From contig OZ025651.1 of assembly GCA_964019335.1 (NCBI GenBank), forward strand, positions 558,001 to 622,000: DNA of 64,000 nt, written 5' to 3'. Within the stretch, counting starts at the first letter, position 1. Every line of letters starts with the position of its first letter. Positions 44,961 to 54,937 of the stretch are shown one piece after another. The notes beneath the pieces were generated by a model, which did not search any database, had not been told where the DNA came from, and saw only the letters and a program-made list of their open reading frames with translations. This stretch comes from Diplonema japonicum (lineage: Eukaryota > Protista > Euglenozoa: Diplonemea). The position numbers and the translations under genes were made by a program.

Positions 44961-47114
44961 CTAGGGCACGGATCGTCCTCTGTAGCCTCTATATGAGCTT
45001 TTATCCAATGCTTGCAGGAACGCAGGGGGTTTGGGGCTGTAGACAGGGGAAGTTGTCTGAGGGACAGATACTGACCGCTGTGGGGGAGTCCCTAAGATAG
45101 TAAGCTGCCGTTTTTTCAAGTTGTAGATGGACTCTAGGACGCACGAGTAGGTAGGTTTGGTGAGCTGTTCACCGCTGTACACGATGCCCAGCTTCATAGG
45201 GGGATAAGGGATCGTGGCTTTCTGCTTCTTAGTAACTACATTTGCTTTCTGCTTCTCTGCCGCAGGCTTCCTCGCCCTGAATCGCTTCTTATTATCCTCC
45301 ATCAGCAGTCGTCTCTTCATGATCACAAGGCTCTCACCTGACTGTGCGCTCTTGCTGTACTCATCTCGCGCTGCTTGCAAGTTCAGCTGCCCGTTCATGA
45401 AATGTGGATCTCGAGAAAGGTGCTCTTTCATCTTGTCTACAAGTTTTTTCCGCTCCGCTGCCTCTAGCTCCTCTTGTCGCAGCAGCTTCTCATGCCCCGT
45501 CACAGGTTGCCTCCTCAGTGCGATGAAACTCGGTGGTGCTAGGTACGTGTCGCAGAAATCGATATTCTTCATCGCCCGCAGTTTGTCAGCGATGAGGTTT
45601 TCGCCGTTCTCGGTACACCACAGCAGCACCTCGTTCTGCATGCGGGATATCCAGTCGAGAGGGAGCGGGTTCAGCACGGAGTACATCCGCTTCACGTCCT
45701 CAGGGTTCAAGTAGAACGCCTCACAGGGCGTCAGGCACTTGATGTTCTGCTTGTGCAGCGTTGATGCCATCACCTCCCAGAACCCCACCACACTGCCGTG
45801 GTCCAGACGCGTGCCGAAGGCGTCGTTGGTTTTCGCCCCGCCCATCACCAGCGCCTCGCCCTTCGTAAGAATGTAAACCGCTTGTGCATCTAGCAGCTTG
45901 TCTGTAAGCATCTTCCCCTGCTGGAAGGATATGGGTTTGAAGAGCTTCTTCGCCTCTGCTATGATCGGCACGGGCCACTCAGAGAACAAAGGGACTGTAC
46001 GTAGTGTTTGGAGGGGCACTTGCACCTCGTAATGTTGTCGTCTGCTGTTGAGTTTGTGCAGCAGCTGCTTGCGCAGGTCGGAATACTCTCTGGGCTGTGT
46101 GGCAAAGTAAGGGCGGAGGTACGTGACCGGCAGCTGCCACATCCAGCAGCCCGACAGGGAGGTGACGGTAGACGAGTGCGATGCGCTGGAAGAAGAGAGG
46201 GCGTCCTCGGCACCGAGAAGACCGTGCATCACAACAGGAAACAACTTGTTGACCTTCTTGATGCGTTTGACCTCAATGATCTCAGTGCACTCTACGTTAC
46301 CTTTTATCAACAGAAAAACACACTCAGCAGCCTGGCCTTGTTTGAACACATGGCCCATGGGGGGTATGTATAGTGGTGTAGCGCATGATGTGATGGCGTT
46401 CAGGTCCACGTCGGACCACTCAGCAAACAGCGTCGACCTTCTCAGGTCTGCGTTTGTGAGGCCCACCTCTTCCATTTTCCGCATAATACGGGCAGTGGCA
46501 ACCTCTTTAGCGGTGGTCTTGCCCTCTGGTGAGAGGAGCTTCTCCATTCTGTTGACGTCGTAGACCCACAGCACGGTGTCCGTGTCTGCTGTGTAGCGCC
46601 ACGGTGAAGGCAGCACGTCGATCGATGTGGCGGGTGTATCTCCCACCCACCCCTGGCTCACAGCGTACCCGTCGTCTCGTAACACACGGCCGGACTTGAT
46701 GAGAAATGTGGTTGTGGTAACAGCATCCTTTTGTATCAAGGTGGTGCCCTTTGGGACGGATATCATGATGAGCGCGTGGCTTACACGAAACAAATCTTTT
46801 TGCCCCAGCATGCAGCACACCTCGTGCCGAACAAGCATGCTTTCCGGCGGCAATTCTGTGTAATATTTCTGCCGTATTCGTGTTGCATCCGGTGGTATCG
46901 TGACCTGTATCTGCTGCCACACAGGAAGGAGCTTCAATCTCAGCACACGCAAGGCCTTGCGTTCCCGTGCCGCTTCCCCGAATGATTTTGCGAACGCTGC
47001 GAGTGCCCAGTGGTGCATTATGTGCAAGCTTCGGAGAGCACTCATTTGCTCTCTCTTCTCCGCCTCTTCCCGCACCTCAGCAGTGAAGATCTTAGGACCG
47101 TCATCATAGGACAT
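44961..47114 (-). CDS. Protein with three cNMP-binding (CAP_ED)-like domains
   Basis: Three repeats of helix plus beta-roll (PKGTTLIQKD...FLIKSG; VFKQGQAAECVFLLIKG; YILTKG...VGFWE); phosphate-binding cassettes look degenerate. ATG 47114 chosen. Confidence 0.82.
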   Translation of the reverse strand: MSYDDGPKIFTAEVREEAEKREQMSALRSLHIMHHWALAAFAKSFGEAARERKALRVLRLKLLPVWQQIQVTIPPDATRIRQKYYTELPPESMLVRHEVCCMLGQKDLFRVSHALIMISVPKGTTLIQKDAVTTTTFLIKSGRVLRDDGYAVSQGWVGDTPATSIDVLPSPWRYTADTDTVLWVYDVNRMEKLLSPEGKTTAKEVATARIMRKMEEVGLTNADLRRSTLFAEWSDVDLNAITSCATPLYIPPMGHVFKQGQAAECVFLLIKGNVECTEIIEVKRIKKVNKLFPVVMHGLLGAEDALSSSSASHSSTVTSLSGCWMWQLPVTYLRPYFATQPREYSDLRKQLLHKLNSRRQHYEVQVPLQTLRTVPLFSEWPVPIIAEAKKLFKPISFQQGKMLTDKLLDAQAVYILTKGEALVMGGAKTNDAFGTRLDHGSVVGFWEVMASTLHKQNIKCLTPCEAFYLNPEDVKRMYSVLNPLPLDWISRMQNEVLLWCTENGENLIADKLRAMKNIDFCDTYLAPPSFIALRRQPVTGHEKLLRQEELEAAERKKLVDKMKEHLSRDPHFMNGQLNLQAARDEYSKSAQSGESLVIMKRRLLMEDNKKRFRARKPAAEKQKANVVTKKQKATIPYPPMKLGIVYSGEQLTKPTYSCVLESIYNLKKRQLTILGTPPQRSVSVPQTTSPVYSPKPPAFLQALDKSSYRGYRGRSVP

Positions 47115-47400
47115 CAACACTGAATGGGTTACTGTACTGGCATAGGGCGACGAATAAAAACGTTTGTAAAATAAAGGAAAGGGACCGAGGTGACTGGGAA
47201 CTATTGGGTGCTTCAAAAAAAAAAGAACATGTCCAAAGTTTCTCCTTTTGTCAGTGCCCCCCCTCCCTTTTTTTATTTTATTTTTGCATTTATTCTTCTT
47301 CTCTTCGTTTCCTTTTCGTTCTATCTTTGTCGTTGCGGCAGGGGAAGGTAGATTAGACATCCGGCAGTCAGCCCCTTACAACAAACAAAGAGTGCTATGC

Positions 47401-48495
47401 TCACATCACGCTGCAGGACGAGGAGTAATAGGTGGGTTTCCATCCAGAGATCTCGCAGACTTTGTCGAGGAGCTCGTCCCCCGTGAGGCAGGGTGAGGTC
47501 TTCGCCGTCTCGGCTTGTCTGATAAGCGTAATGAGAGCATCGTTAACGGGTGTGGGGATGGCATGCTTAGCGGCAGTGTCGGCAAGAGTGCCGTTAAGGT
47601 AGGCTATCTCCGAAGGTCGTCCACCCATGATGTCCTCAAGCATGCTGGAGCCGGCCCTCTCGTCGATAGAAACGAGCCCCTTGGCCACCCTCGTGAAGAC
47701 GGTGTCAGGGACTTCCAAGGCATACGGCATGTACAGGGGAGGGATAGCCATAATCTTAGCTGGCGTGACCCCCTCCGCCTGGCACACCTTCAACCCCTCG
47801 CGCATCGCAGCCGCCCACACCATCCTGTAAGGCTGCTGCCTGAGCTGTCGCGACAGGGGCAAACCAGATAACGCATTCACCGCGTTGTTCGTGTTGATAA
47901 GAAGCTTCGCCCACTTAACGCTCATCACATCATCCACTGTGCTGCAGTCTATCTTAGCGGTGGTGAGGACAGCCGTCAGTGCTGTCGTCACGGGGTGTGC
48001 GTCCAGAAGGATGAGCCCGCTAGTGGTTTTCACCATTGTTGCAGGCGGTACCATGATGACGTTCGGCCCGAACATGCCATTCACCACTCTGTGCTGGGGG
48101 TAGGTGTTTCGCAGCAGCGACACGGAGTCGAGCCCGTTGCACATGGACACAATGAGCGCGCCCTCAGGGATCTTAGGGGGAGTCTTCAGCCCCTTGATGT
48201 GCTGCGTCTTCAGCGTCACAAGCACAACATCAAGCTCGTTCAAGGGCTTCCCAGCTTCCTCATCCTCAGGGAGCCTGAACTCCAACTCTTCAATTGGCAA
48301 TGTGGTCAGCCCAGTGCCCTCTTCCACACTCAAACCTTTCGCCTCCACAATCTCCTTCCACATCCTTTCCCTCCCGAAGAATGTCACCTTTGCCATTTTT
48401 GACGCCTGCAATACACTACCTAGATATAGTCCAATGAGGCCGGCCCCAAGGACACCTACCTTCAGCGGGTTCTCCTGCGTTGGCTGCAGTGTCAT
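47401..48495 (-). CDS. panE: 2-dehydropantoate 2-reductase (PanE/ApbA family) with C-terminal CAAX
   Basis: GAGLIG; TLKT; CNG; KWAKLLIN...N; SSMLED...SEIAYLNG; ends CSVM. Confidence 0.9.
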   Translation of the reverse strand: MTLQPTQENPLKVGVLGAGLIGLYLGSVLQASKMAKVTFFGRERMWKEIVEAKGLSVEEGTGLTTLPIEELEFRLPEDEEAGKPLNELDVVLVTLKTQHIKGLKTPPKIPEGALIVSMCNGLDSVSLLRNTYPQHRVVNGMFGPNVIMVPPATMVKTTSGLILLDAHPVTTALTAVLTTAKIDCSTVDDVMSVKWAKLLINTNNAVNALSGLPLSRQLRQQPYRMVWAAAMREGLKVCQAEGVTPAKIMAIPPLYMPYALEVPDTVFTRVAKGLVSIDERAGSSMLEDIMGGRPSEIAYLNGTLADTAAKHAIPTPVNDALITLIRQAETAKTSPCLTGDELLDKVCEISGWKPTYYSSSCSVM

Positions 48496-48567
48496 CTTGT
48501 TTATTTTTGTTTAATAAGTTGTCTGTTGACATTAACAAGAGCAAGGGGTTACTAGCAAATACTGACC

Positions 48568-49962
48568 TCACAGCGGCAGTCTGTACAGCACCTTGTTCCT
48601 CCCCTCGAAGGGAAGGTATGCTGTCTTGATGTTCTTGGGGTCCTTGGCGATGAGCCATTCTACGTATTGGTTGTAAGTGCGGACGGGTTCGCCACCAGGG
48701 TCACGCCTTGACGGGAACATGTGGGCGAAGATGCAACAGGGGGCGATGACGAAGGGCTTGCTGTGGGCGAGGGCAGAGTCAACGATGATGTCAGTGGCCT
48801 GGTCGGGGTGCATGCCTACAAGCAGCGAACTGTTTTTAAAGAGTTCTGTCGTCGTAAACTCCTCATCAAGTAGCTGCTGTGCGTGCGGCAAGAACGCTTG
48901 GTCAGGCACGAGACCTGAGGTCACGGGCTCCGCTGACTCTGCTGCCTCTTCCGCCTGATCCCCTTCTGTGTTGAAAATATCAAAGCCAACGTCCTCTTCT
49001 TCTTCTTCCTCATTTTGAACAGCCTTCGCCTCGTCCGTCCTGCGCTCCTTGTCCTTCATTCTGAGATACCTACGATGAGCCTTCACCAACTTCTGTGGCC
49101 TCGGGTCCACCAGCGTACACGGCACATTGTTCTTCACATGGAACTCGAATGTGACAGCCCCATTTCCCCCAGCAATGTCAAGCACGCCCGTCCCTTTCTT
49201 CAGACCCTCTTTCCCGTACTGCTCGATGATCCATTCGGCAAAGATCGTGGCACGCTTGGAGGACATGAATTTTCCACCTTCCCCGTGTGGGTCTTCGCTG
49301 TTAACTTCCCGCTGGCTGGCAGCTTTGCTGCGCATGGCGAGCTCTTCGAACTTCTCCCGCTCCGCGTCGTTGGCGTAGCTGTGGCGCAGATTGCACGACT
49401 CACCTTTTATGCAACGTCCCTTCCACCACACTTTGCAGAGGGGCACCCGGCAGGGCCCTTTGACACCCCCAAGTGGTTTCTTTAATGATTGGTCCACTGT
49501 GATGAATTGCTGCACTTTCAGCAGGGTTGCATCCTTCTTCTTGTCAACGATCCTGTTGTGCACGACAGCCCTTGTGTTGCCTGTCGAGTTCTCAGTGTCG
49601 AACATGTGCGTCACGACCAGCTGCACAGCGTGGATGACGATGACACCCTTCTTGTTGCGTTCTGGATAGCCCACCATGCGTGTTGTCTGTGTGGTGACGA
49701 CCTGCCGTCTCATTCTCTGGATCTCATCCAAGTCAGGCACCGTCTGGCACGACACAATCGCTTCTAGATACGTATCCTTGTACTCTGCCCCGTTCAGCAG
49801 GGAGTCTAGTTCTATGATGTCAAAGAAAAACAGCTTCTTACTCAGTCTCCTAATGGACACCACGACGCCCTCTACTTGTATTAGCTCCTTCAGCATCGTC
49901 CCAGGCTCCACATTCTTCATATGTTCCTCCAGCGACCTGAAGTCGTGAGTCACGGGCTCCAT
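48568..49962 (-). CDS. OB-fold + CCCH zinc finger + class I SAM methyltransferase-like protein
   Basis: GVVVSIRRLSKKLFFFDI (anticodon-type OB); CKVWWKGRCIKGESCNLRH; VLDIAGGNG; GMHPDQATD; PCC. Confidence 0.85.
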   Translation of the reverse strand: MEPVTHDFRSLEEHMKNVEPGTMLKELIQVEGVVVSIRRLSKKLFFFDIIELDSLLNGAEYKDTYLEAIVSCQTVPDLDEIQRMRRQVVTTQTTRMVGYPERNKKGVIVIHAVQLVVTHMFDTENSTGNTRAVVHNRIVDKKKDATLLKVQQFITVDQSLKKPLGGVKGPCRVPLCKVWWKGRCIKGESCNLRHSYANDAEREKFEELAMRSKAASQREVNSEDPHGEGGKFMSSKRATIFAEWIIEQYGKEGLKKGTGVLDIAGGNGAVTFEFHVKNNVPCTLVDPRPQKLVKAHRRYLRMKDKERRTDEAKAVQNEEEEEEDVGFDIFNTEGDQAEEAAESAEPVTSGLVPDQAFLPHAQQLLDEEFTTTELFKNSSLLVGMHPDQATDIIVDSALAHSKPFVIAPCCIFAHMFPSRRDPGGEPVRTYNQYVEWLIAKDPKNIKTAYLPFEGRNKVLYRLPL

Positions 49963-50933
49963 TTTGCTTTTTTAAAACAATTGTGTACCCTCTGGTCTTA
50001 GGGCATGTGTACGACAAATACAAAACATGGCGTTACAATAATAAGAAGTGGGGAAAACAAAACGAGCTAACGATCAATGCAGTACCCTCTAGCTGCAGGT
50101 CGCTGCAAATCAAGAACACCTCCCTCCTTTTCCCCCCTCAGGGGAAACCCCAAAGGGTCCTTTGTCTGATGACGGGCACGGTGCAAAGAAAACAGATACT
50201 ATGGAGGGATAACTACGGGACATTTGAAAAGAAGAAAAGAGGGGAGCGGAAACAATAAAGCTCATTCGTGCATCAAAGAGCAGATAGAGAAAGAACGTTG
50301 GTTTGGAATTGCGCACAGCTAGGTCCAAGCAAACCCTTTGCCGCCACGAGAGGCTTTACGGGAAGCAAGGAACGATAAAACAAAGAAAACCTAAACATTT
50401 AAGGTTTGCGTTTTCACGCTCGCCACAAAAAAGATTTAAATGAAAAATGGGTCACAACTTTAACGCAATTGCCCGGCCTTTAGAACTAGGTATTCAAAAC
50501 AGTAACAGACTATAAGCCTCTTGGGAAAAAAAGGGGGGGGTATTATGTCCCCTTTTTTATTTTTTTTTGTGGGATATCCCCTTTCCAGTAACGAATTAAA
50601 GAATATTCTGGTTTAGTATTCTTTATTTGCGCGATGAATGGGGGGGGGGGGGGGGGGGGGCATTGGACGAGAAACAAAAAAAGAAAGAAAAATAAACAAA
50701 TCGCTACCTTGCTATCAGTTCACTAAGGAGTCTGGAGTAAACGGAGGGCAGGGAACGTGCCCCGCCCGTGCTCAGCCCATCTACTAGCCCGCAGTGAGGC
50801 GCCCAGACGGCGTTTATCACGTGGCAACGAGGAGAGAGTTTGAAGGAGAGGGGAAGGGTAAAGAATAAGAAAAACACGTACACGGCACGTAAGAGCACTA
50901 GAGTCCCGGAATAGATCGCGTGACTTGTGCTGC

Positions 50934-52472
50934 CTATAAATCGATCCAAGGGCCATAGAAGCCTCCGTACTTGATAGCCTGCTGGCATGCCCTAGGGTCC
51001 CCCTGTCCACGGTTGGGATTGTAGTTCCCTTTGTTAAGGTCTGCAAGCTTACTGGTAAGCTCTTGCAACTTGTTGCCGTTTGTGAGTGCCAGGTTGTTCG
51101 TCTCGTTCGGGTCCTCGATGATATTGTACAGGCACCCTGTCCCGCATTCGTGTTTCCAGTCGTCAACAGGTGAGTCCTTGTTGTACAACGGCTGCAGGCC
51201 TGTCGCGTTTGGGTAGTACGGTCCTTGCCATCCTGTCATGACCTGCTGTCCGACCAAGACCTTCCATTCGCCTTGGATCAGCGCTTGGTCCGACAGGTGG
51301 ATCATTGTGCGTGGCACGGTAGCATTTTTTTTGAAGAAGTGATCAAGTACTGGCACCCCGTCCACCTGGTGCAGCCCTGCCTTCGCGGCAGCCTCATCGT
51401 AGTAGTCCACACCCACCAGCTTGCACAGCGTGGGGTACCAGTCCGCCACGTGCACATAGGACTCGGACTTTGTGCCCTGAAGCTCCTTGGGAACGTACCC
51501 TCCTGAAATGAAGGCATTCACACGTACACCGCCCTCCCAGTCGGACATCTTCCCTCCTTTGAGGGGGTAGTTGTTGCCGCCCCCAGGGTAGTAGATGGGC
51601 CCTCCGTTGTCGGACACAAATATCATAAGCAAATTGTCCCACATTGCCTTGTCCTTCAAGATCCCCACAATGAGGCCTAGCGCGTCGTCCATGTACTTCA
51701 CCATTGCTGCGTATGGCTTGCGCTGGTTGGGGGAACCGTGGATGAAAGGGAACTGATCCAAGTAGGACTGCGGGACCTGCAAGGGTGTGTGCATAAGATG
51801 GAAAGCATGGAACAAGAACAGAGGTTCCTTGGGGTCGTGCTGCCTGATAATGTTGAGGGTATTGTTTGTGAAAAGCTCTTCCTCGTACACAGTGCCGTTC
51901 ATCCCAAGCGCTGGGCCGTTGTTCAGCCACAGGTCCACAAAAGCATTCCCGCATACGTCAACAGTACCGGTGGACTGAAAGGGGAGCTTCTCCGTCCAGT
52001 AGTCGTTAGCGTGGTGGAAGTAGCCCAGCCAGGACTCATAGCCCCTGCCGATGGGTGTGTGCATGGGTGTGGCCATCCCTGCGTCCCATTTCCCTGTCAT
52101 GTGTGCCCTGTAGCCTGCCTGCCTCATCTTCCAAGCGAGGGTAGTCATGTTGACGGGGATACCAGCATAACCTCCGACAGGGTCCGCTGGGTTTGAAACA
52201 GTAGGCGATGCATTCTCGACATTCACATTGACAGGCAAGCGCCCCGACTGCAGACTGCTCCGCGAAGGGCTGCAGAATTTGTATGCGTAGTGCCTGTCAA
52301 GCTCGATGCCTTGTGCGGCGTAGGCGTCGATGTTAGGCGTCACCACTTCATCGTCATGCGTGTGGAGCCCAACGTTGGCCCACCCAAAGTCGTCAGCAAA
52401 CACAAGCAGCACGTGCGGCTTGTCAGCCGCCAGCACGCACCACAGCATCGACGCCAGCAACATAACACGCAT
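50934..52472 (-). CDS. Secreted/lysosomal arylsulfatase (arylsulfatase B-like)
   Basis: Signal peptide; ADDFG; CSPSR; GKWDAG; HTPLQ; SDNG; KGGK...WEGGVR. Confidence 0.95.
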   Translation of the reverse strand: MRVMLLASMLWCVLAADKPHVLLVFADDFGWANVGLHTHDDEVVTPNIDAYAAQGIELDRHYAYKFCSPSRSSLQSGRLPVNVNVENASPTVSNPADPVGGYAGIPVNMTTLAWKMRQAGYRAHMTGKWDAGMATPMHTPIGRGYESWLGYFHHANDYWTEKLPFQSTGTVDVCGNAFVDLWLNNGPALGMNGTVYEEELFTNNTLNIIRQHDPKEPLFLFHAFHLMHTPLQVPQSYLDQFPFIHGSPNQRKPYAAMVKYMDDALGLIVGILKDKAMWDNLLMIFVSDNGGPIYYPGGGNNYPLKGGKMSDWEGGVRVNAFISGGYVPKELQGTKSESYVHVADWYPTLCKLVGVDYYDEAAAKAGLHQVDGVPVLDHFFKKNATVPRTMIHLSDQALIQGEWKVLVGQQVMTGWQGPYYPNATGLQPLYNKDSPVDDWKHECGTGCLYNIIEDPNETNNLALTNGNKLQELTSKLADLNKGNYNPNRGQGDPRACQQAIKYGGFYGPWIDL

Positions 52473-52637
52473 TATTATCGTGTACTGCGAAAGGTATGAG
52501 ATGATTGGCAGCAAATGCATTGGGCACATAACACGGCCAAACAACTTCTAGGAGGAGGGAACATGTAAAATGGTTCATCCCCTGATTACACTCACACGTT
52601 GGAGATTTAGGCTGTCATTACAACACCTGCAAACGCC

Positions 52638-53160
52638 TCATGTAGTCGACACGGGAATGGAGAATTGTATGCACGAGAGCACATTGTCGTTCTGTGAAGG
52701 TGTGTCGTGCCGGGAAAGCGATACCTGGTCTGTGACAAGCGCCTTGCCGCCCACAGTGCCTGTTTTATAAGGTAAGGTAAGCTTAGGGAAGTCCATTGTA
52801 GAGGTCGAGGACTGTGCAGGTGATTCTTGCTAAGTTGCATACCACTTTGCCCGGCTGTTTCGGGCAGCTCCAGCCGAGGGGTGAACTCGCATTGCAGATC
52901 GACCACTTCACTTGATGGATGGGCTGCGTCCCGTAATTCAGAGAAATCTCTACCGAGCCATTGGTTATTGGCTCCATTCCCGTTAGGCTCCCGTTCAGCA
53001 CCACGCCCACAGTCCCACTTCCATTCATCAGCACGGGAGTCGGCCCCGCCGTTATATTATCCACAACCAATACAGTGTTGTTAGCACAACTCTTCCATGT
53101 GAAACCTTCCTCCGCCACAGCGCACCCCACCCACAGCAGCAGCAACACGCACTCCTTCAT
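52638..53160 (-). CDS. ML-domain (NPC2/MD-2-like) lipid-binding protein, 152 aa; exons 53160-52843, 52811-52725, 52691-52638
   Basis: Signal peptide; WKSC; ICN...WSCP. Splicing yields ...GGKALVTDQ|NDNVLSCIQFSIPV, the expected last strand with the fourth Cys. Confidence 0.85.
52692..52724 (-). other. 33-nt GT-AG intron
   Basis: GTATCG...TCACAG; in frame; removal gives an ML-like DQ-NDNVLSC. Confidence 0.7.
52812..52842 (-). other. 31-nt GT-AG intron
   Basis: GTATGC...GCACAG; removal avoids the premature stop at 52783. Confidence 0.82.
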
Positions 53161-53285
53161 TTACCACCTGTGCCGTGCTAGAGGGGGGGAAAACAAAAAT
53201 AAAATAAAAAAGAGAAAAATAAAAACAGCAATGAACAAAAGGAATGCGCCCATCTGATAAGACAGGATAGAAAAAATACATGTCG

Positions 53286-54872
53286 CTACCCAAAGGGTGC
53301 ATTGCGCGGTCCTATGGTTTCTAGCTGGTTTTCAATGTTGACGATAGAGGCTTCAATGTTGTGGACCTTTCTGTCAATAGTGGCCAGCAGGCTCAGGAGC
53401 CATGGCGGGATTGCCGAGCCGTCAGCCATTTCAGTGCCACTGGACGACAGGGGCGACTCGGTAAAGCAATACTGTGCGCTCTGGAGGATGGAGCCGCCGA
53501 TCTGCGTGAGGTGGGCAGCAGGAGTAGCAGGTGACTGCGGCTCGATGTCCATCAGCATCCTGTCCATGGTCGCCATTCTTCTAATGATGTCTTGCTCCCC
53601 GATTGTAAGGATTGTGTGCGAGCATTGCAACCACGACTGGATACCCGTCAGTAGCTTCCGCTTGAAAAGTGACCTGCACGCCTCCTCCTCATACTCCTGA
53701 TGCAGCGTCTGGCTGACAAAGGACATGATAGTGATGGGGTACCCGATCACTACGACGCCAGCAAGCATCGTGCACCCTGCGATTATCTTTCCCATCCACG
53801 TCACCGGTACCTGGTCACCGTAGCCTGTTGTCGTAAGAGTAACTATGGCCCACCACAAGGCGTCTGGTATCGACTGCACTGTGAGGGGTTCTCCCCCATC
53901 GCGCACCCATCGCTGGGTGCTCTCGTCGAAAGTTGCTTCACTTGTCTCTGCTAAGTATATAAGGGCAGCACTTGCAGCCATTGAAATGGTGATGATGACT
54001 AGCAACCACCACAGGGAGTACAACGACTTAACTAGCACCTCGCTTAGCTCTGGTTCTTGGCGCTGCTTCACTGCACTCACCTTGAGTAGCCTGAACATTC
54101 GGATGCTGCGAAGTACTTTCTGAGACCGCAGACTGACTAGAGATATGGCACCAGTGTTGTCAAGCAAAATGTCTAAATAAAAGGGCAGCACAGACAGCAC
54201 ATCGACCCATGTTGTAGACTCGGAACAGAGCTGACAGAAGGTGCCTGGGTATGACCACACGAAACCCGCCAACTCAATAGTGAACCAAGCAGTGACAAAA
54301 ACATCAGCAGCGAAGGTGAATGCATCGCCAGTGGTGTCATCCTCTGGGTTGTAGTACTGTGGCGTGGACTCCACCAGCATGACGCATATGGCTAAGAGAA
54401 CCACCACGAGAGACGCCATGCGGACTCCTATCACAACGCACTGACTCTGGCCTTTCCACGACGGGTGCTGTGTGCCAACCAGTGCCCACACCCAGCCACG
54501 GATAGTGGTAGGCGATTTGAAGTTCTCTTCCTCACTCTGAGCTGCGTGTATGTAGACAATCATCTCGTACAGGTCCACCGAGCCAGATCTGTTGATGTCA
54601 ATCTGATGGAACAGCCACTCCACAAGTTCCCATTCCCTGTCGTCAATGGCCTTCAAAGGGAACACGACCCGCCACAGCCTCCTGAACATACCTATCGACA
54701 TCCCCTTCTCCTCAACACCTATCTCTCTTAGCTTCGTCTCCAGTAGCTCGGGGTCCATCCCCAGTTCGCACATCGTCTTCGCCACTTCTTCCGGTATCTC
54801 TGGCGGTTCCTCATTGTCCTCTTCGTAGCTGGCCTTAGTCGCTCGAAGCTGTGTGCTAGAGAAAGACTTCAT
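53286..54872 (-). CDS. Voltage-gated K+ channel (Kv-like) with N-terminal EF hand
   Basis: DINRSGSVDLYE; S4 LRSQKVLRSIRMFRLLK; SIPDALWWAIVTLTTTGYGD. Confidence 0.92.
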   Translation of the reverse strand: MKSFSSTQLRATKASYEEDNEEPPEIPEEVAKTMCELGMDPELLETKLREIGVEEKGMSIGMFRRLWRVVFPLKAIDDREWELVEWLFHQIDINRSGSVDLYEMIVYIHAAQSEEENFKSPTTIRGWVWALVGTQHPSWKGQSQCVVIGVRMASLVVVLLAICVMLVESTPQYYNPEDDTTGDAFTFAADVFVTAWFTIELAGFVWSYPGTFCQLCSESTTWVDVLSVLPFYLDILLDNTGAISLVSLRSQKVLRSIRMFRLLKVSAVKQRQEPELSEVLVKSLYSLWWLLVIITISMAASAALIYLAETSEATFDESTQRWVRDGGEPLTVQSIPDALWWAIVTLTTTGYGDQVPVTWMGKIIAGCTMLAGVVVIGYPITIMSFVSQTLHQEYEEEACRSLFKRKLLTGIQSWLQCSHTILTIGEQDIIRRMATMDRMLMDIEPQSPATPAAHLTQIGGSILQSAQYCFTESPLSSSGTEMADGSAIPPWLLSLLATIDRKVHNIEASIVNIENQLETIGPRNAPFG

Positions 54873-54937
54873 GTTGTGTTTGCATTTTAGTGCACTGCTT
54901 GGTGTGTTGGGTTGGTATTAAAAAGTCATGGTACTGG

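Noticed and set aside
50720-50775. Short word matches to SRP RNA (plus strand) and TPP riboswitch (minus strand)
   Set aside because: SRP helix-8 symmetric loop and TPP P4/P5 are missing
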